Origin: an uncultured bacterium
GTDB taxonomy: Bacteria; Oederibacteriota; JAAXVQ01; JAUVAV01
Direction of reading: 5' to 3'
Length of the DNA stretch: 64,000 nucleotides
NCBI GenBank assembly: GCA_963710755.1
Contig: CAVQBK010000003.1
Span: forward strand, 960,001 to 1,024,000
Positions 30,807-41,371 of this stretch are shown in pieces (within the stretch, counting starts at the first letter, position 1; each line of letters starts with the position of its first letter). The translations under genes were made by a program, and so were the position numbers. The notes beneath the pieces are model-generated. The model was not told where the DNA came from. It saw only the letters and a program-made list of their open reading frames with translations, and did not search any database.

Positions 30807-31856
30807 ATGATAAAAGCCGCGGTTGTCGGCGCCAGCGGTTATACAGGCGCAGAATTGGTAAGGCTGTTGACCTTCCACCCCCAAGTGGAGCTCAAAGCAA
30901 TCACCTCAGAGTCTTATGCCGGCCAGTCCCTGTCGGATCTATATCCGGGCTTGCATCACGCGGGTGATCAGCGCCTAACCAAATTAGCGGACACGCCGCT
31001 TGATCCAGAACAGGTGGATGTCGTTTTTCTGGGACTACCTCACGGTGAGTCCATGATCCTGACACCCAAAATCGCAGCCACGGGCGTCAAGGTTATTGAC
31101 CTGTCCGGTGATTTTCGCTTTCATGACACTAAGGTCTATGAGCAATGGTATCAGCGGGAGCATACCGCCGCGGCCGCCGCCGCGGAAGCGGTTTACGGCT
31201 TGCCGGAACTTTTTCGCCAGACTATTAAACCGGCCCGGTTTGTAGCCAACCCGGGCTGTTATGTAACTGCCACAGTGCTGGCTTTGTATCCCTTGCTGCG
31301 CCATGGCTTGGTGGAGGCCCAAACCTTAATTGCCGATGCCAAATCCGGTATCAGCGGGGCCGGCCGCAAGGCCAAACCTGAAACTATGTTTAACCGTATC
31401 AGCGAAAATGTAATTCCCTATAAAGTTGGCGGTCAGCACCAGCATACCCCGGAGATGGAGCAGGCCTTGAGCCTGGCCACAGCCCAGGAAGTCAAGCTTA
31501 GTTTTACGCCCCAAATGGTGCCGGCGAAAAGAGGTATTCTGACCACGGTCTATGCACGTTTGCGGCAGCCTCGGTCAGTCAAAGATATCGAACAGATTTA
31601 TCAGGAAAGCTATGCCCAGGAACCCTTTATCCGGCTTCGCCTGGCCCAGGCATCCTGGCCTGATTTGACTATGGCCGTGGGTAGCAATCTTTGCGTTATC
31701 AAAACAACGGTGGATGAACGCACGGGGATGGTCATTACGGTTGCGGCTATGGATAATCTGATCAAGGGCGCGTCCGGCCAAGCCATCCAAAACATGAACC
31801 TCATGTTCGGCCTGGAGGAAACCATGGGGCTGCCCCAGGAAGGGATAATTCCATGA
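30807..31856 (+). CDS. argC: N-acetyl-gamma-glutamyl-phosphate reductase
   Basis: GASGYTG, ANPGCY, SGISGAG and DNLIKGASGQA. Confidence 0.97.
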   Translation: MIKAAVVGASGYTGAELVRLLTFHPQVELKAITSESYAGQSLSDLYPGLHHAGDQRLTKLADTPLDPEQVDVVFLGLPHGESMILTPKIAATGVKVIDLSGDFRFHDTKVYEQWYQREHTAAAAAAEAVYGLPELFRQTIKPARFVANPGCYVTATVLALYPLLRHGLVEAQTLIADAKSGISGAGRKAKPETMFNRISENVIPYKVGGQHQHTPEMEQALSLATAQEVKLSFTPQMVPAKRGILTTVYARLRQPRSVKDIEQIYQESYAQEPFIRLRLAQASWPDLTMAVGSNLCVIKTTVDERTGMVITVAAMDNLIKGASGQAIQNMNLMFGLEETMGLPQEGIIP

Positions 31857-33061
31857 CCGTTACCGCCAAAAAAGGTGTGCTGGCGCCGCGGGGCTTTGTC
31901 GCAGCCACTGCTGCCGTAGGCATTAGAAAATCAGGAAAAAAGGACCTCATGCTGCTCTGTTCCGAACGGCCTGCCCATGCAGCCGGGTTATTCACGGTCA
32001 ATCAGTTTGCTGCTGCACCGGTGGTGCTTTCCCGTGCCCACCTGAGCCATGCCCGGCAACATGTAGGCGTCCTAATGAATTCAGGCTCTGCCAACGCCTG
32101 TACGGGCAAGCAAGGTTTTCAGGATGCTCTTGAGTTAACCCGCGCCACAGCTGCAGTTTTGGGATGTACACCCGAACAAATACTCATCGCCTCCACCGGC
32201 GTCATCGGTCAACGATTGCCAGTAAGTAAAGTGGCCGAAGCTCTGCCCGGATTGAGAAAAAACCTGCAAAGTACCAAAGGATTGGAGGCCGCCCAGGCTA
32301 TCATGACCACCGATCTGGTGCCCAAAATGGCCGAGACTACCTTAAGACTCAACGGGGAAAAAGTTACCATTGGGGGCATAGCCAAAGGGTCAGGCATGAT
32401 CCATCCTAACATGGCCACCATGCTTTGTCTGCTTACCACGGATGCGGCCATACCCAAGGCTGTCCTGACCCGGTTGCTTAAACTGGCAAGCCGGTCGACT
32501 TTTAATGCCATTAGTGTGGATGGTGAATGCTCCACCAATGATACGGTTTTTCTTCTGGCCAATGGCGCTGCCGGACCGCGGGCCAAAGTGACCGGGGCTA
32601 AAGAGCAGCAGTTGTATCTGGAAGGTTTGACGCAAGTCATGGATAAGTTAGCCCAGGACATTGTTCTCGATGGGGAAGGGGCCACCAAATTAATGGATAT
32701 TACCGTGCGTGGGGCCAAGACTGAGGATCAGGCCATGACAGCGGCCAGAGCCATTGGGGATTCCCAATTGGTCAAAACCGCGGTTTACGGCGAGGACGCC
32801 AATTGGGGAAGAATTTTACAAAGCTTGGGCGCCACGACTATTAGCTTGAACCCGCAAAAAGTTTCAGTCAAAATCAATGGCCTGTTGCTGGTCCAGCGAG
32901 GTCTGGACAGTGGCGTGTCCATAGCCCGCGGCAATCAAGTCCTAAAAAAGAAAAAGATCGTCATCGAAGTGGATCTTCACCTGGGCTCCGGCCAGGCTCG
33001 GTACCGTACCTGCGATTTATCCAAAGCTTATATTGATATCAATGCCGGTTACCGTTCTTGA
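31853..33061 (+). CDS. argJ: bifunctional ornithine acetyltransferase
   Basis: KGSGMIHPNMATML, DGEGATK and DANWGR. Confidence 0.97.
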   Translation: MTVTAKKGVLAPRGFVAATAAVGIRKSGKKDLMLLCSERPAHAAGLFTVNQFAAAPVVLSRAHLSHARQHVGVLMNSGSANACTGKQGFQDALELTRATAAVLGCTPEQILIASTGVIGQRLPVSKVAEALPGLRKNLQSTKGLEAAQAIMTTDLVPKMAETTLRLNGEKVTIGGIAKGSGMIHPNMATMLCLLTTDAAIPKAVLTRLLKLASRSTFNAISVDGECSTNDTVFLLANGAAGPRAKVTGAKEQQLYLEGLTQVMDKLAQDIVLDGEGATKLMDITVRGAKTEDQAMTAARAIGDSQLVKTAVYGEDANWGRILQSLGATTISLNPQKVSVKINGLLLVQRGLDSGVSIARGNQVLKKKKIVIEVDLHLGSGQARYRTCDLSKAYIDINAGYRS

Positions 33062-33184
33062 TGTTCTGAGCCAGCCGGTGCCTTCACCATAACGGGAAAA
33101 CCAACGCCTTGACCCCATTTTAAAACTCCTACAGCCAGGGACACAAGGTCCCTGATCCTATGTAAAGGACCAACAGTCATTGCC

Positions 33185-34084
33185 ATGAACTTACTTACGA
33201 TTAACCACTGGCAAGCCTATGAACTGCTCGATGCCGGACAGGGACAGAAACTGGAACGTTTCGGCGACCATGTGCTGATCCGGCCTGAGCCCCAGGCCTT
33301 GTGGCCGGCCCGCTGGTCCAAAAGCGAGTGGGAAAAACGGGCCCACGTACAATTTCTGCCCACCGCCAGTAACAGCGGGCAATGGAAAAAATTGAAGTCA
33401 GCCTCAGACCAATGGATGGTAGATTATCAATTAGCAGATAAGAAAAAAATTACCATGCGCCTGGGACTCACGGCCTTTAAGCATGTGGGACTCTTCCCGG
33501 AGCAGGCTCCCAATTGGGAATTTATTTATGCGGCCATGGCATCCATGCACACGCCAAAATTTCTTAATTTGTTTGCCTATACCGGCGCTGCCTCCTTGGT
33601 GGCCCGCGCTGCAGGCGCGGAGGTGGTGCATGTGGATAGCGTCAAGCAAGTGGTGCGCTGGGCCCAGGCCAATGCGGAGCTCAATCAATTGGACCAGATT
33701 CGCTGGATGGTGGATGACGCCCTGAAATTCGTCAAAAAAGAGCTGAGGCGCGGCCGCCAATACCAGGGCATTATCCTTGATCCGCCTGCTTACGGACATG
33801 GTCCCAATGGTGAAAAATGGAGACTGGAGGAGCATCTTGCGCCTTTGATGGGCCAGGTGCTGCGCTTGCTTGATCCGGCAAGACACTTGCTAATCCTTAA
33901 TGCCTATAGTCTTGGCCTCTCGGCCCTGGTGCTCGAAAATATCCTAATGCCTTATAGCGAGCATTACCAATCTGACCTAGCCATCGGTGAATTATATCTG
34001 CAAGCCCAGTCAGGGATCAAACTGCCCGTGGGTATATGGGGGCGGTTAAGTAAAAATGTAAAGCATCAACTCGGCGACAGATAA
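33185..34084 (+). CDS. class I SAM-dependent methyltransferase (RlmI/RlmK-like)
   Basis: KHVGLFPEQ, LNLFAYTG and ILDPP motifs. Confidence 0.85.
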   Translation: MNLLTINHWQAYELLDAGQGQKLERFGDHVLIRPEPQALWPARWSKSEWEKRAHVQFLPTASNSGQWKKLKSASDQWMVDYQLADKKKITMRLGLTAFKHVGLFPEQAPNWEFIYAAMASMHTPKFLNLFAYTGAASLVARAAGAEVVHVDSVKQVVRWAQANAELNQLDQIRWMVDDALKFVKKELRRGRQYQGIILDPPAYGHGPNGEKWRLEEHLAPLMGQVLRLLDPARHLLILNAYSLGLSALVLENILMPYSEHYQSDLAIGELYLQAQSGIKLPVGIWGRLSKNVKHQLGDR

Positions 34085-34125
34085 ATCACCATCTCTAAGC
34101 GACTGGCGGGTTAGCTAATAAACCC

Positions 34126-34154
34126 TTGCGCACTTTAAGTGCATGTGGTATATA
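34126..34154 (+). promoter_or_regulatory. rpsB promoter
   Basis: TTGCGC-N17-TATATA with a TG extended -10 (TGGTATATA). Confidence 0.6.
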
Positions 34155-34164
34155 TCCTTGATCT

Positions 34165-34276
34165 AAAAAACACACGCCTTTTGACTTAAAAAGCCTTGCT
34201 CTTGCTCTGTGATGGAGACAGGAGTCCTTTTTGAGAGTGACAAGGGCGGCGGAAAACAAAAAAAGGAGTTAGGATC
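34165..34276 (+). promoter_or_regulatory. rpsB (S2) autoregulatory leader RNA
   Basis: AACACACGCCTTTTG...CAAGGGCGGCGGA closes a long stem, matching the CACAC...GCGGA architecture of S2 leaders. Confidence 0.6.
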
Positions 34277-35140
34277 ATGGCAAACATTTCAATGAAGCAG
34301 TTGCTCGAAGCGGGCGTTCACTTTGGGCATCAAACCAGACGGTGGAATCCCAAAATGGCCCGTTATATTTATGGTGAACGCAACGGGATCTATATCATTG
34401 ATCTTCAAAAAACCGTAAAAAAATTGAAAGAAGCCACTCGTTTTGTCCGCGATCTGGTAGCCAGCGGCCAAAAGATTGCCTTTGTGGGTACCAAGAAGCA
34501 AGCCAAAGATTCGGTGCAGGAAGAAGCATCACGATGCAACATGTTTTTCATTAATCACCGTTGGCTCGGTGGCACTCTTACCAACTTCCAAACTATCCGT
34601 AAAACTATAGCGCGCATGAAAAATTTGAAGCAAATGATGGAAGACGGGTCCCTGGATAAATTGCCTAAAAAGGAAAGAACCTTAGCTGGCAAAGAGTTGG
34701 TTAAGATGGACCGCTCCCTGGGTGGTATTAAGGATATGGACGATCTGCCTGGTGCGATTTTTGTGGTAGATACCAAAAAAGAACACAATGCTCTGGCAGA
34801 AGCCAGGAAACTGGGCATCCCCATTGTGGGTATTGTGGACACCAATTGTGATCCCGACGAAGTGGATCATATCATTCCCGGCAATGATGATGCCATCCGG
34901 GCTGTGCGTTTGATCTCCAGTTTGATGGCCGATTCCTGCCTGGAAGGCATGGAGATAAGACGGCAGGAATTGGAACGTCAACAAAAAGCCGAGCAGGAAG
35001 AAGCTGCCGCAGCAACAGAAGGTGAGGGCGCGGAGCAGGAAGCAGTAAGCCCTGCCGGACAGGAACCGGAAGCACCTGCTAATGCTCAGGGTGCAGCACA
35101 AGATTCAACCTCGTCGGTGGTCTCCGGACCGCAGGCGTAA
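34277..35140 (+). CDS. rpsB: 30S ribosomal protein S2
   Basis: [19 protein letters not shown] and PGNDDAIR; acidic C-terminal tail. Confidence 0.99.
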   Translation: MANISMKQLLEAGVHFGHQTRRWNPKMARYIYGERNGIYIIDLQKTVKKLKEATRFVRDLVASGQKIAFVGTKKQAKDSVQEEASRCNMFFINHRWLGGTLTNFQTIRKTIARMKNLKQMMEDGSLDKLPKKERTLAGKELVKMDRSLGGIKDMDDLPGAIFVVDTKKEHNALAEARKLGIPIVGIVDTNCDPDEVDHIIPGNDDAIRAVRLISSLMADSCLEGMEIRRQELERQQKAEQEEAAAATEGEGAEQEAVSPAGQEPEAPANAQGAAQDSTSSVVSGPQA

Positions 35141-35180
35141 TCATTATTATTTTTAAAGGATTTCAGGAGGATAGGTTATT

Positions 35181-35777
35181 ATGGCGATTACTGCTGCAAT
35201 GGTTAATGAATTAAGACAAAAAACAGGCGTTGGCCTTATGGATTGCAAAGCAGCACTGCAGGAATGTGACGGCGACTTTGAAAAAGCTATGAAGTACTTG
35301 CGTGAGAAAGGATTGGCTACGGCTGCTAAAAAAGCAGACCGCAGCGCTTCCGACGGCACCATTGCTTCCTATATCCATGCCGGTGGTAAGTTGGGCGTGA
35401 TGATCGAAGTGAATTCAGAAACCGATTTTGTGGCCAAAACCGAAGACTTTCAGGAGCTGGCTAAGAATCTGGCCATGCATGTGGCGGCGTCCGCCCCGGC
35501 CTATGTCAAACGTGAAGATGTACCGGCTGAGGTCGTGGATCAGGAACGGGAGATTTATAAAAACCAAATGGTGGACAGCAAAAAACCGGCTGATATCATG
35601 GAAAAAATCATCAACGGGAAATTGGATAAATTTTTCCAGGAGACCTGCTTGCTGGAGCAAGTTTATGTTAAGGATCCAGATAAAAAAGTCCGTGATCTGA
35701 TTGCGGATACAGTAGCCAAAGTGGGCGAAAATATTCAAGTCAGACGTTTTGCTCGCTTTGCTGTAGGTCAGGAGTAA
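35181..35777 (+). CDS. tsf: elongation factor Ts (short 198-aa form)
   Basis: [13 protein letters not shown] and NSETDFVA. Confidence 0.98.
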   Translation: MAITAAMVNELRQKTGVGLMDCKAALQECDGDFEKAMKYLREKGLATAAKKADRSASDGTIASYIHAGGKLGVMIEVNSETDFVAKTEDFQELAKNLAMHVAASAPAYVKREDVPAEVVDQEREIYKNQMVDSKKPADIMEKIINGKLDKFFQETCLLEQVYVKDPDKKVRDLIADTVAKVGENIQVRRFARFAVGQE

Positions 35778-35782
35778 TTAGC

Positions 35783-36502
35783 GTGCCCGGCCGTGGCCTT
35801 AAGTACCGGCGGGTGTTACTTAAAATATCCGGTGAAGGGTTGGCCGGGCCGCAGGGTTTTGGTATTGATCATCAAAAAGTCCGGGCCGTGGCCACCCAGA
35901 TCCAGGAATTGGTTAAAAAAGGCCTTCAAGTCGCCTTGGTGATTGGCGGTGGCAACATCTTGCGCGGCGCCAAGGCGGAAATCGAAGGTATGGACCGGGT
36001 TTCCGCTGATTATATGGGCATGCTGGCCACGGTGCTCAACGCTTTGGCCATGCAGGATAGCCTGGAGAAACTTGGCGTAGCCACCCGGGTGCAAACCGCG
36101 ATTGAGATGCATAAGGTCGCCGAGGTTTATATCCGGCGCAAAGCTATTCGTCATCTGGAAAAAGGCCGGGTGGTGATATTTGCGGCCGGCACCGGCAATC
36201 CCTATTTTTCCACCGATACGGCTGCTACCTTGCGGGCCATCGAAATAAATGCCGATGTAATTCTCAAAGCCACCAATGTGGATGGAGTATACTCAGCTGA
36301 TCCCAAGAAAGATCCTCAAGCCCAACGCTATCAGCAACTGACCTATATGGAGGTTATCCAGGCACAATTAAAGGTGATGGATACCACTGCCATCAGCTTG
36401 TGCATGGACAACCGTTTACCCATTCTAGTCTTTAACCTAACACCGGAAGAAAATATTCAAGCCGCGGTCTCAGGCGAACCGATCGGCACGATTGTGCACT
36501 AA
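35783..36502 (+). CDS. pyrH: uridylate kinase
   Basis: [12 protein letters not shown] and [10 protein letters not shown]. Confidence 0.98.
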   Translation: MPGRGLKYRRVLLKISGEGLAGPQGFGIDHQKVRAVATQIQELVKKGLQVALVIGGGNILRGAKAEIEGMDRVSADYMGMLATVLNALAMQDSLEKLGVATRVQTAIEMHKVAEVYIRRKAIRHLEKGRVVIFAAGTGNPYFSTDTAATLRAIEINADVILKATNVDGVYSADPKKDPQAQRYQQLTYMEVIQAQLKVMDTTAISLCMDNRLPILVFNLTPEENIQAAVSGEPIGTIVH

Positions 36503-36526
36503 TGACAAGCGAAAAGGAGGCCAACC

Positions 36527-37096
36527 ATGGCAGGTGATACACCAGAACTCGTGTTTCAACAACTCAGAGAAAGAATGGAAAAATCCATTGAAGCTCTTAA
36601 ACGGGAATTTTCTGCGGTCAGAACAGGCCGGGCTTCGTCGGCCTTATTGGAGCCGGTTAAAGTGGAGTATTACGGCAATCTGACGCCGGTTAATCAGATC
36701 GCTTCCGTAGCCACGCCCGACGCTCATACCCTGGAAATCAAACCATGGGATAGCAGCATTATCAATGAGATTGAAAAGGCGATTTTAAAAGCCAACTTGG
36801 GCATCACGCCCAATAGCGATGGCCATGTGATCCGAATGGTGTTTCCCTCGCTCACGGAAGAACGGCGCAAAGAACTGGTTAAACAAGTCCATAAAATAGC
36901 GGAAGATTTAAAAGTGGAAATTCGAAATCACCGCCGCAAAGCACTGGATGGCATCAAGCAGCTCAAGAAAGACAAAGCCATTAGTGAAGACGATGAGCGC
37001 GTGGAAGAAGGCAAAATTCAAAAACTCACCGATGAATTCATTGAGAAAACCGACCATATCACCAAAACCAAGGAGAAAGAGTTGATGGAAGTTTAA
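36527..37096 (+). CDS. frr: ribosome recycling factor
   Basis: RTGRAS and LTEERRKELVK. Confidence 0.98.
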   Translation: MAGDTPELVFQQLRERMEKSIEALKREFSAVRTGRASSALLEPVKVEYYGNLTPVNQIASVATPDAHTLEIKPWDSSIINEIEKAILKANLGITPNSDGHVIRMVFPSLTEERRKELVKQVHKIAEDLKVEIRNHRRKALDGIKQLKKDKAISEDDERVEEGKIQKLTDEFIEKTDHITKTKEKELMEV

Positions 37097-37123
37097 TCTT
37101 CCATAAGATCACCTGATGATCAC

Positions 37124-37153
37124 GCCCCCTGGTGCATCGGGGGGCTTTTTTTT
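37124..37153 (+). terminator. intrinsic terminator/attenuator after frr
   Basis: GCCCCCTG-GTGCAT-CGGGGGGC hairpin followed by T8. Confidence 0.75.
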
Positions 37154-37175
37154 AGGTGAAAAAGGTGAAGTTGCC

Positions 37176-37913
37176 ATGCCCAAACCTAAAACATCGGCCC
37201 TACAAAAAAGCTTAGCCAAGACATTGCCCCGGCATGTGGCTGTGATCATGGATGGTAACGGACGGTGGGCCAAAAAGCGGGGATTACCACGGGTGGAAGG
37301 GCACCGGGCCGGCATGGCTTCGGTTCATGCCATTATCCGGGAATGCGGCCGCTTGGAAATAAGCTATCTCACGCTTTACGCTTTTTCAACGGAAAACTGG
37401 CGGCGTCCCAAACAAGAAGTCAACTTTTTGATGCGCCTGTTGATTGAATATTTAAAAAAAGAACTGGATGAACTTCACCGTCAGGGCGTGCGCCTGCAGA
37501 TGCTGGGTCAGCGCGAACGTATTCCCGGCCGGGTGTTGGAATACATTGACTTTGCCATTGCCAAGACCAAAGAAAACCAAGGACTCAAGCTTAACCTGGC
37601 GTTCAATTATGGTGGCCGTCAAGAAATCGTGGACGCAGTCAATGCCATTGTGCACAGCACTCCCAAAGTACCCTTGACGGAGAAGTCGTTTGGAGCCTTT
37701 CTCTATACACGCGGCATGCCTGATCCGGATTTGTTGATCCGCACTTCCGGTGAAATGCGTCTCTCCAATTTTTTATTATGGCAGCTCGCTTATGCCGAAC
37801 TGGTGGTCACGCCCGTGCTGTGGCCTGATTTTCGTGAACCGGAATTTGCTCAGGCCCTGCAAGAATATCAACGCCGGGAACGACGTTATGGCGGCATCGG
37901 AGGAAAAACATGA
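37176..37913 (+). CDS. uppS: undecaprenyl diphosphate synthase
   Basis: IMDGNGRWA, AFSTENW and RTSGEMRLSNFLLWQ; start taken at the ATG after the terminator. Confidence 0.97.
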   Translation: MPKPKTSALQKSLAKTLPRHVAVIMDGNGRWAKKRGLPRVEGHRAGMASVHAIIRECGRLEISYLTLYAFSTENWRRPKQEVNFLMRLLIEYLKKELDELHRQGVRLQMLGQRERIPGRVLEYIDFAIAKTKENQGLKLNLAFNYGGRQEIVDAVNAIVHSTPKVPLTEKSFGAFLYTRGMPDPDLLIRTSGEMRLSNFLLWQLAYAELVVTPVLWPDFREPEFAQALQEYQRRERRYGGIGGKT

Positions 37914-38743
37914 AAATGCGTCTTTTGGTGGCACTCCTGTTTTTGCCTCTCTTTGCCTGGGTTATTTTCCTTTCCACGCCCTTGCCGTTTTTAATCCTGC
38001 TGGTGGTGGGGGTTGTCTTGGCGGCGCTGGAACTGGGTCAGTTGATCCGCAACCGGGACATTCGCTTCAGCTATGCCATCACGCTGCCCGCTATTCTGGC
38101 CATTGTCCTGTTGGCGGCTTTTCCTGGCTTACTAAAAACCTGGGAAGGCCAAAGTACCGATGCCTTTTGGTCCATTCTGATGATAAGCATGCTTGTTTTG
38201 AGTATGCGTGAAGTCTTCATGGGTTTTCACAAGACTAATTTTGCCAACATCAGCGCCAATCTCTTTGCCATTTTACTGGTGGGCGGGATCGGCAGTTTTG
38301 TGGCCCTCCTGCGTTTATTGCCCCACGGGCAGTGGTGGATCTTTGTCCTATTTGGTTATAACTGGGTTTATGATTCGGGAGCACTCTTCACGGGGATGCT
38401 TTTGGGCAAGCATCAGTTGGCGCCTACCATATCTCCGGCCAAAACTATTGAGGGTTTGGCAGGGGGCCTGGTTATGAATGTGGTGCTGGGCAGCCTGGCC
38501 TATGCCTTTATTATTCCCCAAGCCATGGGCTTTTCCTTTTTAGGCTTTGTGGTACTGGGGTTGCTCATCGGCTTGTGTTCCCAGGCCGGCGATCTGGTGG
38601 AATCGCTGATCAAGCGTTGGTCCGGGCAAAAAGATTCGTCTGCTTTTATACCCGGGCATGGGGGTATTTTGGACAAAATCGACAATCTGATTTTCTCGGC
38701 ACCCGTGCTTTACCTTTTTGCCAAGTTATTGGAAAGATTATGA
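37910..38743 (+). CDS. cdsA: phosphatidate cytidylyltransferase
   Basis: SPAKTIEG and GDLVESLIKR...KDS...PGHGGILD. Confidence 0.95.
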   Translation: MKMRLLVALLFLPLFAWVIFLSTPLPFLILLVVGVVLAALELGQLIRNRDIRFSYAITLPAILAIVLLAAFPGLLKTWEGQSTDAFWSILMISMLVLSMREVFMGFHKTNFANISANLFAILLVGGIGSFVALLRLLPHGQWWIFVLFGYNWVYDSGALFTGMLLGKHQLAPTISPAKTIEGLAGGLVMNVVLGSLAYAFIIPQAMGFSFLGFVVLGLLIGLCSQAGDLVESLIKRWSGQKDSSAFIPGHGGILDKIDNLIFSAPVLYLFAKLLERL

Positions 38744-39924
38744 ATGCCATTAAGCGGATCAGTATTCTGGGCTCCACCGGGTCCATCGGAAAATCCACTT
38801 TGGACGTGGTGGCCCGTCATCGTGGACAATACCAAGTGGAAGCCATGGCCGCTCATCGCAGTACGGATAAACTGATTAGTCAGATCAAACGGTTTCATCC
38901 TGCTTTGGTGGCTGTAGCCGATGCGGATGCCGCCCAAGAGGTTAAGAAACGCTGCCAGCGTTTACGGCTAAAAACCAAGGTGGTCGGTGGCGAAGCGGGT
39001 GTCTGCCAAGCGGCGACCATGAAGCGGACCTCTCTGGTTATTTCCGCCATCGTTGGTCAGGCCGGGCTGGTACCGACCATGGCCGCGATTCAAGCCGGTA
39101 AAGATATAGGACTGGCCAATAAAGAAACTTTGGTTACGGCCGGGCCCTTGGTGATGCGTGCTGTTAAAAAACATGGCGTGAGTTTGTTGCCCGTTGATTC
39201 GGAGCATGCTGCCCTGGACCAATGTCTGCATGGACACCGCGGAGTGGAAGTCAAACGACTGATTTTAACCGCTTCCGGCGGCCCCTTTGCCAAGGCCAGC
39301 TTGGCGCAATTGCGGCGCGTGGGCAAAGAAGACGCCCTCAATCATCCCACCTGGTCCATGGGGCGAAAAATCACCATCGATTCAGCGACTTTGATGAATA
39401 AAGGGCTGGAAGTTATCGAAGCCCATTATTTATTTGATATCGCTTATAACCGCATCGAGGTGGTAATCCATCCTCAAAGCATTGTGCATTCTATGGTGGA
39501 GTATGTTGACGGATCGACACTGGCGCAGTTATCCTCGCCGGATATGCGCCTGCCGATCCAAACGGCCCTGACCGCACCGGCCCGCTTGGCCAGCAGCGTC
39601 AAACCTTTGGATTTTACTAAAGGGTTGAATTTAACTTTTGGACCGCCCGATGCTACGCGCTTTCCCTGTTTACAATTGGCCTACCAAGCAGGCCAAAAAG
39701 GCGGCAGCGCTCCGGCGGTCCTGAATGCGGCCAATGAAGTTGCTGTTCAGGCTTTTTTGGAAGACAAAATTAAATTTTTAGATATATCCAGAATCATTGC
39801 CCAGGTTTTAAATGGTCACGCCTACACCAAACGGTTGTCGTTGCGGGTGATTCAACAAGCTGATGCCTGGGCAAGACAAGCCACTGCGGAGGTGATTGCA
39901 TCATGGAAACAGTCATCCAATTAA
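38740..39924 (+). CDS. dxr: 1-deoxy-D-xylulose-5-phosphate reductoisomerase
   Basis: LGSTGSIG, LANKE, PVDSEH and NKGLE; the ATG overlaps the cdsA stop. Confidence 0.97.
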   Translation: MNAIKRISILGSTGSIGKSTLDVVARHRGQYQVEAMAAHRSTDKLISQIKRFHPALVAVADADAAQEVKKRCQRLRLKTKVVGGEAGVCQAATMKRTSLVISAIVGQAGLVPTMAAIQAGKDIGLANKETLVTAGPLVMRAVKKHGVSLLPVDSEHAALDQCLHGHRGVEVKRLILTASGGPFAKASLAQLRRVGKEDALNHPTWSMGRKITIDSATLMNKGLEVIEAHYLFDIAYNRIEVVIHPQSIVHSMVEYVDGSTLAQLSSPDMRLPIQTALTAPARLASSVKPLDFTKGLNLTFGPPDATRFPCLQLAYQAGQKGGSAPAVLNAANEVAVQAFLEDKIKFLDISRIIAQVLNGHAYTKRLSLRVIQQADAWARQATAEVIASWKQSSN

Positions 39925-41315
39925 TGAGCACGGCCGGAGCCCAGATTCATCTGGGACCGATGCTGGGCTCGCTGAAAATTGTGCTCATGGGTGTTTTGGC
40001 CTTGGGGCTGTTGATTTTCGTGCATGAATTGGGACATTTTGCCGTAGCCAAATGGTCGGGCATTAAAGTATTGAAATTTTCCCTGGGGTTTGGAAAAACC
40101 ATTTTTGGATTCACCCATAAGGGAACCGAATACGTGATCTCGGCTTTACCCTTGGGTGGATTTGTGAAAATGGCCGGGGAAAATCCTCATGAAGTTGAGC
40201 CAGGCGTCAAGGAAAAGGGCGATTATTTTTCCAAGCCCTGGTGGATCCGGCTGCTGGTGCTGTTGGCCGGCCCGGGCATGAATCTGCTCACTGCCGCGCT
40301 TATCCTGGGCATACTTTACTGGGTCGGGTTCAATGTACCCATCGCCAAGCCGCAAATCGTTCAGGTGGCGCCTGCCTCGCCGGCAGCGACTGCCGGTTTG
40401 AAGCCCGGTGATGTTATCGTCGGGTTGGACAACCAGAAAACCGACAATTGGGAAAAATTTTCGGACCAATTGAATCAAGCTGCTGCTCAAGCCTCGGGAC
40501 AGCCGTTGCATTTGGACATTGTCCGAGACGGCCGCACCCAGTTGGTCACCATCACGCCGTCACATCCTACCAAAACGTCCTGGAAAATGGGGGTGGCCAT
40601 TGCGCCGGCAGCCACGACAGTCATTGACCGGGTGATCGTGGGCACGCCGGCGGAATTGGCGGGATTGAAAAAAGGCGACCGAATTCTGGCAGTGGAGAAC
40701 CATCCGGTGTGGAGTAAATATGATTTTCAAAAACTGCTGTGGCCCCGGGCGGATAAACCAACCACCTTGCAAGTTCAACGGGGGAGTAGTGTTTTTGCCG
40801 TTAAATTAACTCCCCTTGCCCAGGAATATCCCAACCAGGGCAAGGTGGGTGTCATAGGGGTGGGGTTTAAGGCCTCTGACCGTGAGAGCACGGTGCATTA
40901 CCCGTTTTTTACCGCCATGAGCCTGGGCCTGGGGCATACCTGGTCCATGTCCAGGATGATTCTTGTTTCTCTGGGACAAATGGTGACAGGAAAATTATCA
41001 GTAAAAGATTCTTTGGGCGGACCAATTACCATTATGCGTATGGCCGGCCAGGAAGCCCGCAGTGGCTTCAAGGATTTTCTCTTTTTTATCTCCGGTATTT
41101 CCATCATGCTGGCTATTCTGAATCTACTGCCTATTCCAGTTTTGGACGGCGGTAGTGTGGCCTTTTTTCTGATTGAAGGCCTCAGAGGCAAGCCGGTATC
41201 CTTGAAAATCCAGGAACGGGCTCAACAGGTTGGATTTTTATTTTTAATTGCCCTGATGTTGTTTGCCACAGCCAATGATATTTACAAATGGGTCCTCTCT
41301 GCTTTTGGAGGATAA
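39903..41315 (+). CDS. rseP: RIP metalloprotease RseP with two PDZ domains
   Basis: HELGH and NLLPIPVLDGG. Confidence 0.95.
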   Translation: METVIQLMSTAGAQIHLGPMLGSLKIVLMGVLALGLLIFVHELGHFAVAKWSGIKVLKFSLGFGKTIFGFTHKGTEYVISALPLGGFVKMAGENPHEVEPGVKEKGDYFSKPWWIRLLVLLAGPGMNLLTAALILGILYWVGFNVPIAKPQIVQVAPASPAATAGLKPGDVIVGLDNQKTDNWEKFSDQLNQAAAQASGQPLHLDIVRDGRTQLVTITPSHPTKTSWKMGVAIAPAATTVIDRVIVGTPAELAGLKKGDRILAVENHPVWSKYDFQKLLWPRADKPTTLQVQRGSSVFAVKLTPLAQEYPNQGKVGVIGVGFKASDRESTVHYPFFTAMSLGLGHTWSMSRMILVSLGQMVTGKLSVKDSLGGPITIMRMAGQEARSGFKDFLFFISGISIMLAILNLLPIPVLDGGSVAFFLIEGLRGKPVSLKIQERAQQVGFLFLIALMLFATANDIYKWVLSAFGG

Positions 41316-41371
41316 ACCACCTCTTGCTGTTTTTTACAACAGAGAGGATAAAAAGAATAAGGTAAAACAAC